Positions 19,736 to 28,332 of a stretch of DNA of 64,000 bases are shown in pieces. The first letter of the stretch is position 1, and each line of letters starts with the position of its first letter. The notes beneath the pieces were generated by a model that was not told the origin of the DNA, searched no databases, and was given only the letters and a program-made list of their open reading frames with translations. The position numbers and the translations under genes are program-made. Location of the stretch: NCBI GenBank assembly GCA_028716565.1, contig JAQUPL010000001.1, positions 147,545 through 211,544 on the forward strand, written 5' to 3'. This DNA is from Candidatus Omnitrophota bacterium (GTDB taxonomy: Bacteria > Omnitrophota > Gorgyraeia > Pluralincolimonadales > Pluralincolimonadaceae).

Positions 19736-20251
19736 TTGTTCTGGAAAAAACCGGATAAAACGGATAAAAATGTAAAGAACCTCACGGAAAAAGATATCCA
19801 GAAGCAGCTTTACGGGAATTACCTCGATAAGGTGGAGGTGATGGATTCCTCTTTTATCGTAAAGGAAAATGAAGAGTCGCCGATACAGGAAAAACCCGAC
19901 GCGAAAATGAAGAAGGAGCTTAATGCCGAACTGGAAGAATTAAAAGGCGAGTTCAAACGGCTTCAGGGCGAGGTCAACAGGCTTAAGAAAGACAAGGAAT
20001 CGCTCGAGCGCCCGGAGATATGGTTCAAGCCGCCTTTCCTTAAGAGCAGGCAGTTGGTGGTGATCGGATCCATTGTGGTCCTCATCCTAGCGGCTTACGG
20101 ATCATTCTTCGCCGTAAAATTATTCATATCGAAGGTCAGCCATAAAGAGCCTGTCCTTTCCGGAACCGCGGTCTCTAAAAAAGTGACCGTTCCTTCCAAA
20201 AATACCGCCGTAAAAAAATCCGTTAAAAAGGTAAAAGGGAAGAAACCTTAA
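19736..20251 (+). CDS. hypothetical coiled-coil membrane protein
   Basis: 171 aa. Charged coiled-coil N-terminal half, one TM, Lys-rich tail. Confidence 0.4.
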   Translation: MFWKKPDKTDKNVKNLTEKDIQKQLYGNYLDKVEVMDSSFIVKENEESPIQEKPDAKMKKELNAELEELKGEFKRLQGEVNRLKKDKESLERPEIWFKPPFLKSRQLVVIGSIVVLILAAYGSFFAVKLFISKVSHKEPVLSGTAVSKKVTVPSKNTAVKKSVKKVKGKKP

Positions 20252-20264
20252 CCCTGCGTAAGGG

Positions 20265-20828
20265 TCAATCCAATTTCAGGACGAAACCCTGGCCTGTCAC
20301 CTCATCCAGCATTTCGACGCTGCTATTATGGATCTTTACGATCCTGGCTCCTTTTATTGAGGCGCCTTCCTCCAGGATCTTATTCTCTATTATGGCGGCC
20401 GGTTTGCCCGCGCCATAGACTATCCCGCTGAGGGTCAGGCGGGGATTTGACAGTTTTGTTATGAAACTGCCGATGGGGGTAACTTCCTGTTTTGAGGGAG
20501 CGGGAGGGGGTACCGTAGAATATCCTTCAGCGGCCGGTCTGCCGTTTGCTTCCGGGGAAGACGGGAGAGATGCGATAACGTTGTTCGCTTCGGTTGTCCC
20601 GTTCTGCGTCCCGCCCTGCGGGAGCGTCAAAAATGCGACAAGGCCGACGATCACGATCGCCGCCGCGGCCATCAGCATTGTCCTCGAGAGGTTAAAACCG
20701 CCGCTGTCAGAGACCCCGGCTACCTCCTCGATCTTTTCTTCCAGGTTTTTGGCCGTAGTTCCGGCGGCAAGCGGCGGGGTATTCCCGGCCGCAGACGCCT
20801 TTTTTAAGGCTTCCAGTATTATGCTCAT
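20265..20828 (-). CDS. GspB/ExeB-like secretion-associated protein (partner of ExeA)
   Basis: 187 aa. One TM, Pro-rich linker, conserved C-terminal domain (LTLSGIVYGAGKPAAIIENKILEEGASIKGARIVKI). Overlaps the exeA-like stop, so translationally coupled. Confidence 0.45.
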   Translation of the reverse strand: MSIILEALKKASAAGNTPPLAAGTTAKNLEEKIEEVAGVSDSGGFNLSRTMLMAAAAIVIVGLVAFLTLPQGGTQNGTTEANNVIASLPSSPEANGRPAAEGYSTVPPPAPSKQEVTPIGSFITKLSNPRLTLSGIVYGAGKPAAIIENKILEEGASIKGARIVKIHNSSVEMLDEVTGQGFVLKLD

Positions 20829-21655
20829 ATTTTTACATACCCCTCGATCTCTTCAACGGAACGCTTTATCATGTCCAGAGTCATTGTCTTTGTCTCCATG
20901 GAGAATCCCAGAAGTAACACCCTGTCGCAGATGAGGTTTATCAGTCTCGGCACGCCTGAGGAGTATTCGTAGATCTCTCCCAGGGCATCCGGCTCGAATG
21001 TTAAGTTCCCGTCGGCGCCCGCGACCCGCAGGCGGTGGTAAATATAATCCCCCACTTCGGTCCTGTCCAGGGGAAGGATATGATACCTTACTGCGATCCT
21101 CTGCCTAAGCTGTTCCAACTCGGGGGAGTCGAGCTTTTCCTTCAGCTGCGGTTGGCCGACGAGGACTATCTGGATCAGTTTTTCCTTGTCGGTCTCGAGG
21201 TTGGAAAGGAGCCTTATCTGTTCCAATTGGGCCGCCTTGAGATTTTGCGCCTCATCGATGATAAGGACCACATTAGAGCCGGCTTTAAGTTCCGCGATCA
21301 GGAACTTGTTGAGCTCGGTAAGGAGGCTTATCTTGGTCTTTGGCTTTGCCGCGAGGCCCAGATCGGTGACTATGGCCAGTAAGAGCTGCATCTCCGGAAG
21401 GTTTGAGTTAAGGATAAAGGCGGTCTTCGTATTTTTGTCGAGCTGGCCCAAGAGGGCGCGGCAAAGGGTGGTCTTGCCTGTGCCGATCTCGCCGGTTATC
21501 TCAAGGAATCCCTTTCTTTCTTTTATGCCGTAGATGAGATGGTCGAAGGCTTCGCGGTGCTTCTTGCTGAAAAAAAGGAAATTAGGGTCGGCGGTTACGT
21601 TGAAAGGTCTTTCTTTTAGGCCAAAAAAACTTTCATACACGCGGAGAACCTCCAA
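20825..21655 (-). CDS. ExeA/GspA(MshM)-type AAA ATPase
   Basis: 276 aa. FFGLKERPF N-terminus and Walker A GEIGTGKTT, Walker B VVLIIDEAQ, as in T2SS ExeA / MSHA MshM. Confidence 0.75.
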   Translation of the reverse strand: MEVLRVYESFFGLKERPFNVTADPNFLFFSKKHREAFDHLIYGIKERKGFLEITGEIGTGKTTLCRALLGQLDKNTKTAFILNSNLPEMQLLLAIVTDLGLAAKPKTKISLLTELNKFLIAELKAGSNVVLIIDEAQNLKAAQLEQIRLLSNLETDKEKLIQIVLVGQPQLKEKLDSPELEQLRQRIAVRYHILPLDRTEVGDYIYHRLRVAGADGNLTFEPDALGEIYEYSSGVPRLINLICDRVLLLGFSMETKTMTLDMIKRSVEEIEGYVKI

Positions 21656-21777
21656 AAAAACCCGAAAAAAAGGATTTCGTGATTTTCATTCTATCATCAT
21701 AATATATGCTTGTCAAAGCAAAAATCCTGTTGTAATGCGCGCTTTTGAAGGTATAATACATTTGAGAGGGAACTAAA

Positions 21778-22140
21778 ATGGGCTGGGGCGGAATCGATAC
21801 CAGAAGAGGCGCGCGGGTCGTCTTCGAATGCGTGGTCATCGTCAAGAAAAAAGAGACCAGCCTTGTCTTCAGGACCCAGACCGAGAACATCTCTACCGGC
21901 GGGATCTGTGTCATACTCGAGAAAGGGTTATTGAGGAATACCCCGGTTGACGTAGAAATTTTTCTCGCCGATGACCCTGTCCCGTTAGCATGCGGCGGCA
22001 AAGTCGCATGGGTCATGCGGCGCAACGAATACGCAAAGAAGAAACCCTCGCAGTTTGATACGGGAATAGAGTTTACCGATATCACGGACGAGGATAAAGG
22101 GCGTATAAAGCGGATCATCGAGGAGTTGCTGGAATATTAG
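21778..22140 (+). CDS. stand-alone PilZ-domain protein (c-di-GMP receptor candidate)
   Basis: 120 aa. RRGAR (RxxxR) and NISTGG (D/NxSxxG) PilZ motifs. Confidence 0.65.
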   Translation: MGWGGIDTRRGARVVFECVVIVKKKETSLVFRTQTENISTGGICVILEKGLLRNTPVDVEIFLADDPVPLACGGKVAWVMRRNEYAKKKPSQFDTGIEFTDITDEDKGRIKRIIEELLEY

Positions 22141-22226
22141 CTTGACTTTTGTTATTGAGGGGTAGATAATAATAACAATAACTGAAAAAGGAGGGCGAGA
22201 ACTGATCTTAAAAACAAGATAGGGGG

Positions 22227-22616
22227 GTGAGGGGGATGAGTGAGAAACGGAAATTCATGCGTTTTGATGTAGCCGTTGAAGTGGAGTATATGGTTCCCGG
22301 AAATGGCGCCCCGATAGAAGGCATCTCCGTTACGCGCAACCTGAGCCGCGAAGGGATGCAGATCGCAGTAAACAGCAAACTCGTTCCGGGCACTGAATTA
22401 GAGATCAAGTTGAGGATCCCCGAGGATATGGCTCCTGTGTACGCGAAAGGAGACCTTGTCTGGGTGGAAAAATCAGAGATCAAGACCGAATCATCCGCCG
22501 GCGTGAAATTCTCCCAGATGTCGCCTTTTGACAGGAACCGCATACTGGACCACGTTTATAAAGAATGGGTGGAAGAGCAGATCGGCCAGAACGCAGCACA
22601 ACCGCGGAACAAGTAA
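22227..22616 (+). CDS. stand-alone PilZ-domain protein
   Basis: 129 aa. KRKFMRFD (RxxxR-like) and NLSREGMQI motifs. Confidence 0.6.
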   Translation: MRGMSEKRKFMRFDVAVEVEYMVPGNGAPIEGISVTRNLSREGMQIAVNSKLVPGTELEIKLRIPEDMAPVYAKGDLVWVEKSEIKTESSAGVKFSQMSPFDRNRILDHVYKEWVEEQIGQNAAQPRNK

Positions 22617-22627
22617 AATATAAACTT

Positions 22628-23008
22628 ATGTCAAGGCCAAAGTCCGAAAGAAGAAAACATCCGCGTGTCGATGAGAAAGTGCCTCTAAAGATAAAAGATG
22701 AAGGCTTCGACACGATAAGCGTAACAAAAAATATCAGTTGTTCAGGCGTTTTTTGCCAGGTTGACGGTTATTTCCCGCTTTTATCAAAAGTCAAGATCGT
22801 GCTCCTGCTCCCTTCCGAAGAAAAATCAAAGGCGCATCCCATACATATAGAGGGCGTTGTCGTCCGTTCGGAACCGGTAAAATCCCCGTCGAATCCCAAT
22901 TGCAGGAACATAGGCGTCTTCTTCAACAGGATAAAGAAACAGGATATGCTGAAGATAACCGGCTATATCAATTCCATCCTGGCCAAGAGGATGGTAATAA
23001 TAAATTAA
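22628..23008 (+). CDS. stand-alone PilZ-domain protein
   Basis: ATG at 22628 chosen, 12 nt after the upstream stop; the ORF-track start at 22565 overlaps the previous gene. RRKHPRVD and NISCSGVF motifs. Confidence 0.55.
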   Translation: MSRPKSERRKHPRVDEKVPLKIKDEGFDTISVTKNISCSGVFCQVDGYFPLLSKVKIVLLLPSEEKSKAHPIHIEGVVVRSEPVKSPSNPNCRNIGVFFNRIKKQDMLKITGYINSILAKRMVIIN

Positions 23009-23012
23009 AACT

Positions 23013-23597
23013 TTGTTGTACGGAATCCTGCGGCCGATCGGGTGGTTGATCTGCAGGATTTTTTTCTGCCTGAAAGTCAAAGGCGTAGAGAATATCCCTG
23101 CCGAAGGCAAAGTCATAATAGCCGCCAATCACTCCAGCTACCTGGATCCCGTCGCGATCGCAGCCGTTGTCCCCAGGCAGATAAAATGGATAGTCCGGAA
23201 AGACGTCTATGATGTTTGGTGGCTGAGGCCTTTGTTCGCTTCGACAGGCATGATAAGGGAGAACGGTTCGGTCGGGAAGGCCATAGACCTGCTCGGGAAA
23301 GGCGAGGCTTTAGGAGTATTCCCGGAGGGGTCCAGGAGTTACGACGGAAGGCTCGGCGCGGGCAGGAGAGGCGCGGCCATTATGGCGTTAAGATCGGGCG
23401 CACCGGTCGTACCGTGCGCGGTCAAGGGCGCTTTCAAGGCCTATCCGCGCAATTCCGTATTGCCGAGGCCCTGTCCCGTAGAAATAATAATAGGAAAAGC
23501 TATCGAACCGGGTAGGATGGATGAGCCGGACGACCGGACGGTAGATTCTTTACTGGCAGGGATAATGACGGCGATCCAGTCGCTGATGGGGCAATAG
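23013..23597 (+). CDS. plsC: 1-acyl-sn-glycerol-3-phosphate acyltransferase
   Basis: 194 aa. ANHSSYLDP (HX4D) and FPEGSRS motifs of the PlsC family. Confidence 0.8.
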   Translation: MLYGILRPIGWLICRIFFCLKVKGVENIPAEGKVIIAANHSSYLDPVAIAAVVPRQIKWIVRKDVYDVWWLRPLFASTGMIRENGSVGKAIDLLGKGEALGVFPEGSRSYDGRLGAGRRGAAIMALRSGAPVVPCAVKGAFKAYPRNSVLPRPCPVEIIIGKAIEPGRMDEPDDRTVDSLLAGIMTAIQSLMGQ

Positions 23598-23612
23598 TAG
23601 TATTGACTTTGC

Positions 23613-23640
23613 CTGCGGCCGTGATATAATTGTATCGGGA
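23613..23640 (+). promoter_or_regulatory. sigma-70-type promoter (TTGACT-16-TATAAT)
   Basis: TTGACT at 23613-23618, 16-nt spacer, TATAAT at 23635-23640. Lies in the plsC to next-gene spacer. Confidence 0.55.
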
Positions 23641-23647
23641 AAAGATA

Positions 23648-23837
23648 TCTACCCTATGCGTGTTAGGATTGGCGCAATGATCAGCAAAGTCGTATAAGGG
23701 GTTTGGAGTTCGGGTACCTTTCGAGGTATTCGACAGGACCCCACCTTGAATAAAGGGTCAAGCGGCCAAGCCCTCACGGTAGGGTTGAGGACTTATTCAC
23801 GGCCTAGGGTAAACCTAGGCCTTTTTTATGAATAGAA
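23648..23837 (+). ncRNA. candidate structured RNA of about 190 nt (6S-like extended hairpin, or riboswitch-type leader of the downstream operon)
   Basis: Bounded by the promoter above and an intrinsic terminator (GGCCTAGGGTAAACCTAGGCC + T6 at 23811-23837). No ORF inside. Long imperfect helix between 23661-23683 and 23774-23797 (ACCCUA/UAGGGU, CGUG/CACG, GGAUUGGC/GCCAAGCC). Internal unpaired region and apical UUCG hairpin (GUACCU-UUCG-AGGUAU). Confidence 0.45.
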
Positions 23838-23846
23838 GGAGTTCAA

Positions 23847-24629
23847 ATGAGGATAACCAAGGAGAAGGTCTACTTCCACGTGCCTTACAGGATACTCTTA
23901 AGCAGCCTCGACTGGATAGCGCAGATCGGGGTGAATTGCGAGATATACGCCAACGGAGAGGCCCTGGACGATTATACCGATGATGAGATAGATAAAATAA
24001 ACGGCGTCTTTGAAAGCCGCGGGATAAAAAAAATAGTGCACGGCCCGTTCCTGGACCTTAATCCCGGAAGCACGGATCCCAAGATAAGGGACCTGACCTA
24101 CGGACGTTTTATATCGGCGCTTGATTTTTGCGAGAAACTGAGGGCCAACCATATCGTATTGCACACCGGGCTCGACCCCATCTTTTACAAAGGCGCCTCG
24201 CGCTTTTTCCTCGACCTCAGCATCCCGGTCTGGAAGGAGGCGATGAAAGCCGCCGAATCAAGGAAGATAGTCATAGCCATAGAAAATTCCGTAGACCCGG
24301 ATCCCGAAGTGGTTGTGGGGCTGCTGAAAGGGATCAACTCCCCGTCTGTGGAGGCGTGCTTTGACGCCGGCCATTATTACGCGTTCGGAAAGATGTCCCC
24401 GTTCGACGCCTTGAAATGGTACCCGGACGGGTCGATAGGCGAATTGCATCTTTCCGACAACAAAGGCGATTTCGATACCCATCTGCCGCTTGGGGACGGT
24501 GACCTGGATTTCAAGAGGCTGCTGATCGAGGCCTGGAAGAAAGGCAGGGAGCCGATCATAACTTCCGAGCCCCATTGCAAGGAACATATAGAAAGAAACC
24601 TCAAATACCTGCTTTCACTGGGCCTTTAG
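23847..24629 (+). CDS. sugar phosphate isomerase/epimerase (xylose-isomerase-like TIM barrel)
   Basis: 260 aa. IVLHTGL...IAIENS...ACFDAGHYYAF...ELHLSDN metal-binding pattern of the AP-endonuclease-2/xylose-isomerase-like fold. RBS AGGAG. Confidence 0.65.
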   Translation: MRITKEKVYFHVPYRILLSSLDWIAQIGVNCEIYANGEALDDYTDDEIDKINGVFESRGIKKIVHGPFLDLNPGSTDPKIRDLTYGRFISALDFCEKLRANHIVLHTGLDPIFYKGASRFFLDLSIPVWKEAMKAAESRKIVIAIENSVDPDPEVVVGLLKGINSPSVEACFDAGHYYAFGKMSPFDALKWYPDGSIGELHLSDNKGDFDTHLPLGDGDLDFKRLLIEAWKKGREPIITSEPHCKEHIERNLKYLLSLGL

Positions 24630-24681
24630 AAGAGAGGCTTGGCCTTTTGAATAGCGGTATGTTATAATAAAAAACGGAGGG

Positions 24682-25245
24682 ATGAAGATGGCTAAAAAAG
24701 AGATCAAAGGCGATGTGGCGCTCTTCCCGTTGCCGGTCGTCCTTGTTACCTGCGTCGGAAAGAACGGCAAGCCGAATATCATAACTTTGGCGTGGGCCGG
24801 CGTCGTCTGCTCGGAACCGCCGATGGTCTCCATCTCTATAAGGCCTCACCGCCACTCCCACCCGCTGATAAAAGAAACGGGGGAATTTACGGTGAATATC
24901 CCCACTTCCGATATAATGAAAGAGACCGATATCTGCGGGATGGTTTCCGGGCGGGACACGGATAAGTTTGCCCTGACGAAGCTTACCCCGGAACCGGCCA
25001 CGCACGTCAAGTCCCCGCTCATAAAAGAGTGCCCTGTAAACCTCGAATGCAAAGTGAAGAGCGCGATGCTTCTCGGAACGCACGAGGTGTTCCTGGCCGA
25101 GGTCGTCGCCGTCCACATAGACGAGTCGGTGATGACGGAGACGGGGAGGATCGATTACGCCAAGGCCAAACCTTTCTCGTATAATTGGGGCGAATACTGG
25201 AGCGTTAAAGAGAAAATAGGACACTACGGATGCTCGAAAAAATAA
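24682..25245 (+). CDS. flavin reductase-like FMN-binding domain protein
   Basis: 187 aa. ALFPLPVVLVT...NIITLAWAGVVCSEPPMVSIS matches the flavin reductase like domain. Confidence 0.7.
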   Translation: MKMAKKEIKGDVALFPLPVVLVTCVGKNGKPNIITLAWAGVVCSEPPMVSISIRPHRHSHPLIKETGEFTVNIPTSDIMKETDICGMVSGRDTDKFALTKLTPEPATHVKSPLIKECPVNLECKVKSAMLLGTHEVFLAEVVAVHIDESVMTETGRIDYAKAKPFSYNWGEYWSVKEKIGHYGCSKK

Positions 25246-26099
25246 TATTCCAAATCGACAGGATCTCCGAGAAGGCCAGCGTTATCTTTGATTTTTTCGG
25301 CGCGCGGACAAAGGCCCTCTTCTTCGGGCATTTCGGGACAAGGCTTACGTACAGGCGCGAGATGGTGGCCGCGCTAATGGTCCTGGCGGCCGTCCTTATC
25401 TTCTTCGCCCCCCGGGGCTGGCTTATCTGGCTGGGGATCGCGGCGATGATGGCCGGCATGTTCCTCTGGCTCATAATCATCTTCTCCTGGACCCTCGATC
25501 CGTTGATAGATTACAAGATACGCATCCATAAGATAAAAAGCTGGGGTGAGAGGCTGCTTAAATACCTGAGCGGCGAATTCAAGGATCTGGAGAACAGGCA
25601 CCATATGGAGGCATACGCCTGGGGCAAACTCGCTTACTTCGAGGAGCTAAAGAGCGAGGTTGATAATTTCTCGAAGACCAACCTGCTCCAGAAGTTCCTG
25701 GGGAGGTTCTTTTCGACCTTCATGTTCCTGATACTCGGTTACGCCTTCATATATTACGGCCTCCATAAGATAACAAATTCAAGTTTCGTTTCGGCCGCGG
25801 AACTGGGCGGGTTCGGCCGTTTCGGCTCGATAGCGGATTTTATATATTACAGCGCGATCACTATCGCCACAGTCGGATACGGGGACATCTATCCGGTACA
25901 TATCCTGGCAAAGTTCTTCGTCTTGACTGAAGTCCTCTACGGCGCGCTCCTGATCATCTTCCTGATAGCATCTTTTACCGCTATATCTATTCCTCTTACC
26001 TCGGAAAGGCAGAAGGCGCTGCTCGGCGAGATCGAGAAGGAGATAAAGAACATCGAAAAGGTCTTTGCCGATATCAAACAATTAAGCGGAGGCGACTGA
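25230..26099 (+). CDS. potassium channel (two-TM pore domain with TVGYGD selectivity filter)
   Basis: 289 aa. N-terminal TM helices and pore loop ITIATVGYGDIYPV. Confidence 0.7.
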   Translation: MLEKIIFQIDRISEKASVIFDFFGARTKALFFGHFGTRLTYRREMVAALMVLAAVLIFFAPRGWLIWLGIAAMMAGMFLWLIIIFSWTLDPLIDYKIRIHKIKSWGERLLKYLSGEFKDLENRHHMEAYAWGKLAYFEELKSEVDNFSKTNLLQKFLGRFFSTFMFLILGYAFIYYGLHKITNSSFVSAAELGGFGRFGSIADFIYYSAITIATVGYGDIYPVHILAKFFVLTEVLYGALLIIFLIASFTAISIPLTSERQKALLGEIEKEIKNIEKVFADIKQLSGGD

Positions 26100-26626
26100 T
26101 GCCGCCTCTCTTTAATAAGGCCTTTGCCGTAATAGCGGCCTCTCTATTCCTGGCTCTTCCGTCCTCCGGACAGGCCGAAGGGGAGGGGGTCCCCGAAAAA
26201 GAATTGGAATTGGGAAATGTGATGGTGACCCTTTACGCCTTAGGAGGGAGCGCGGCCGGCCAAAAGACTTACGGGGAAGAGGTATATTTGGCAAAAGGCA
26301 CACCCCGCCAGGCCCTGATCACACTTAAACAGATGCTGCTTGAAGGCAATAGGCCTTCCCGGGCATTTAAAATGAAGGACCAGATCGAGGTCATTGTTTT
26401 CAGGGGAGCCTTTTTAAAATTAAGTAAGATAGCCGTAAAGAAAGTAGTTTTAAAAGATTCAAGCATCGAGGTATATGCGGAATATAAGGACCTTCCCGGC
26501 ACTGATATCGCTTCCCAGCCCGCGGCTATAATCCCCGTTGGACAGCTCCCCCCAGGCAAGTATACGGTTATTTTATTCGTAGATAATAACTTACGTAAAA
26601 AAACCGAGTTCAGCGTCTCCCGTTAG
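26099..26626 (+). CDS. hypothetical exported protein
   Basis: 175 aa. Signal peptide, no motif. Start overlaps the upstream stop (ATGA). Confidence 0.4.
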   Translation: MPPLFNKAFAVIAASLFLALPSSGQAEGEGVPEKELELGNVMVTLYALGGSAAGQKTYGEEVYLAKGTPRQALITLKQMLLEGNRPSRAFKMKDQIEVIVFRGAFLKLSKIAVKKVVLKDSSIEVYAEYKDLPGTDIASQPAAIIPVGQLPPGKYTVILFVDNNLRKKTEFSVSR

Positions 26627-26688
26627 CCACCAGTCTAATAATTTGACTTTTGAAGACATTGGTGGCATAATTATAATGATTTAAAAAC

Positions 26689-28329
26689 ATGGGAGAAAAA
26701 GACATCCAGGACCAATTTTTTGATATTATTGAATTTCTTCCAGATGCAACCTTCGTCATAGATAGCAACCGAAAGGTCATCGCCTGGAACAAGGCCATTG
26801 AGGAGATGACGGGTGTTGCTAAGAGCGAAGTCATCGGCAAGGGAGATTATGCCTACGCCGTCCCTTTTTACGGGGACAGAAGGCCTGTCCTCGTCGATCT
26901 CATCTTCAAATCCAGCCGCGAGATCGAAAGTAAATACGATTATTTAAAACGTGAAGGTAACGTGCTGTACACCGAGGTTTTTTTGCCGTCCCTGAACCAC
27001 GGCAAAGGGATCTTTGTCTGGGCCAAGGCCTCGCCGCTTTACGACAGGTCAGGCAATCTTACCGGCGCCATAGAATCTATCCGGGATATAACCGAACAAA
27101 AACTCGCCAAAGAGAACCTTGGGAAGCTCAATGAGGAGCTCACCAAATCCAACAGGATCTTCAAGCAGCTCGCCCTCAAGGATTCGCACACCGGCCTTTA
27201 CAACCACCGTTATTTAGGCGAAGTCATCGAGGCCGAATTCTTCCGTGCCAAGAGATATGCTCACCCACTTTCGGCGATACTTACGGACATAGACTATTTT
27301 AAGTCTATAAACGACGTCTATGGCCACCAGTTCGGGGATGTTATACTTAAGCAATTCGCGCGGCAACTCAAGATGGCGGTCCGCCAGTATGACATAGTGG
27401 TGCGCACGGGAGGAGAGGAATTTGTGGTATTATCTCCCGCTACCGACAGGGCAGACGCCGTGGCTCTTGCCGAAAGGATCCTCGAAGTCATCAGCCTCTA
27501 CGATTTCGGGGATGAGTCGCATAAAGTAAAACTCAAGATAAGCGTCGCAGTGGCGTCGTATCCCGAAGATAAGATATCAAAAGGGATGGACCTCATTGAC
27601 CTGGCGGACCACATATTGGTCAAGGTCAAGGACTTCGGGGGGAACAGGGTCTATTCGTCATCCGACCTGAAGAGGCAGGATAAGGGCAGTTCTCCCGGCG
27701 AAACCGAAAAGATGGCCGATGTCAAGTCGCTGAAGAAGGAATTGGAGAAGTTGACCAGGCAGGCGAACCAGGGCCTGATAGAATCGATATTCGCTTTCGC
27801 CAAGACTATTGAACTCAAGGACCATTATACCGGCGAGCATGTAGAGAAGACCGTGCATTACGCTACCGAGGTCGCGCGCGAGCTCAACCTTCCAAATGAT
27901 GAAGTGGACAAGATCAGGAAAGCTTCCATTTTACACGACCTCGGCAAGATAGGCATAAGCGAGAATATCCTCCTTAAAAAAGGGAAGTTGACGAAAAAGG
28001 AATTCGATGAGATAAGGAAGCACCCCCAGATCGCGGTGGACATATTAAGGCCCATCCAATCGCTCCAGGGCGTTATCCCCATGATATACTATCACCATGA
28101 GAGATGGGACGGCGGCGGATACCTGAACGGGCTGAAGGGCGATGAGATACCTATCGGGGCCCGGATAATCGCTGTCTCCGATGTCTACGAGGCGCTGACC
28201 TCTGACCGCCCCTACCGCAAGGCCTTTTCGAGAGATGAAGCGATAAAGATGGTGAGGGAGAGTTCCGGCACACAGTTCGACCCGAAGGTGGTGGACGCTT
28301 TCTTGAAGGTCCTCCAACAGGAAAAATAG
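26689..28329 (+). CDS. PAS - GGDEF (GGEEF) - HD-GYP-like multidomain c-di-GMP turnover protein
   Basis: 546 aa. PAS N-terminus, diguanylate cyclase core RTGGEEFVVL with RYxHPLS I-site-like region. C-terminal HD domain (ILHDLGK...HHERWDGGGYL, GYL variant of GYP). Confidence 0.8.
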   Translation: MGEKDIQDQFFDIIEFLPDATFVIDSNRKVIAWNKAIEEMTGVAKSEVIGKGDYAYAVPFYGDRRPVLVDLIFKSSREIESKYDYLKREGNVLYTEVFLPSLNHGKGIFVWAKASPLYDRSGNLTGAIESIRDITEQKLAKENLGKLNEELTKSNRIFKQLALKDSHTGLYNHRYLGEVIEAEFFRAKRYAHPLSAILTDIDYFKSINDVYGHQFGDVILKQFARQLKMAVRQYDIVVRTGGEEFVVLSPATDRADAVALAERILEVISLYDFGDESHKVKLKISVAVASYPEDKISKGMDLIDLADHILVKVKDFGGNRVYSSSDLKRQDKGSSPGETEKMADVKSLKKELEKLTRQANQGLIESIFAFAKTIELKDHYTGEHVEKTVHYATEVARELNLPNDEVDKIRKASILHDLGKIGISENILLKKGKLTKKEFDEIRKHPQIAVDILRPIQSLQGVIPMIYYHHERWDGGGYLNGLKGDEIPIGARIIAVSDVYEALTSDRPYRKAFSRDEAIKMVRESSGTQFDPKVVDAFLKVLQQEK

Positions 28330-28332
28330 CAG

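Noticed and set aside
23648-23837. Possibility that the structured RNA is SRP RNA, tmRNA or RNase P RNA
   Set aside because: Too short for tmRNA or RNase P. Lacks the SRP domain-IV GGAA/AGCAG core and the RNase P AGGAAAGUCC and tmRNA 5-prime GGGG/3-prime CCA features.
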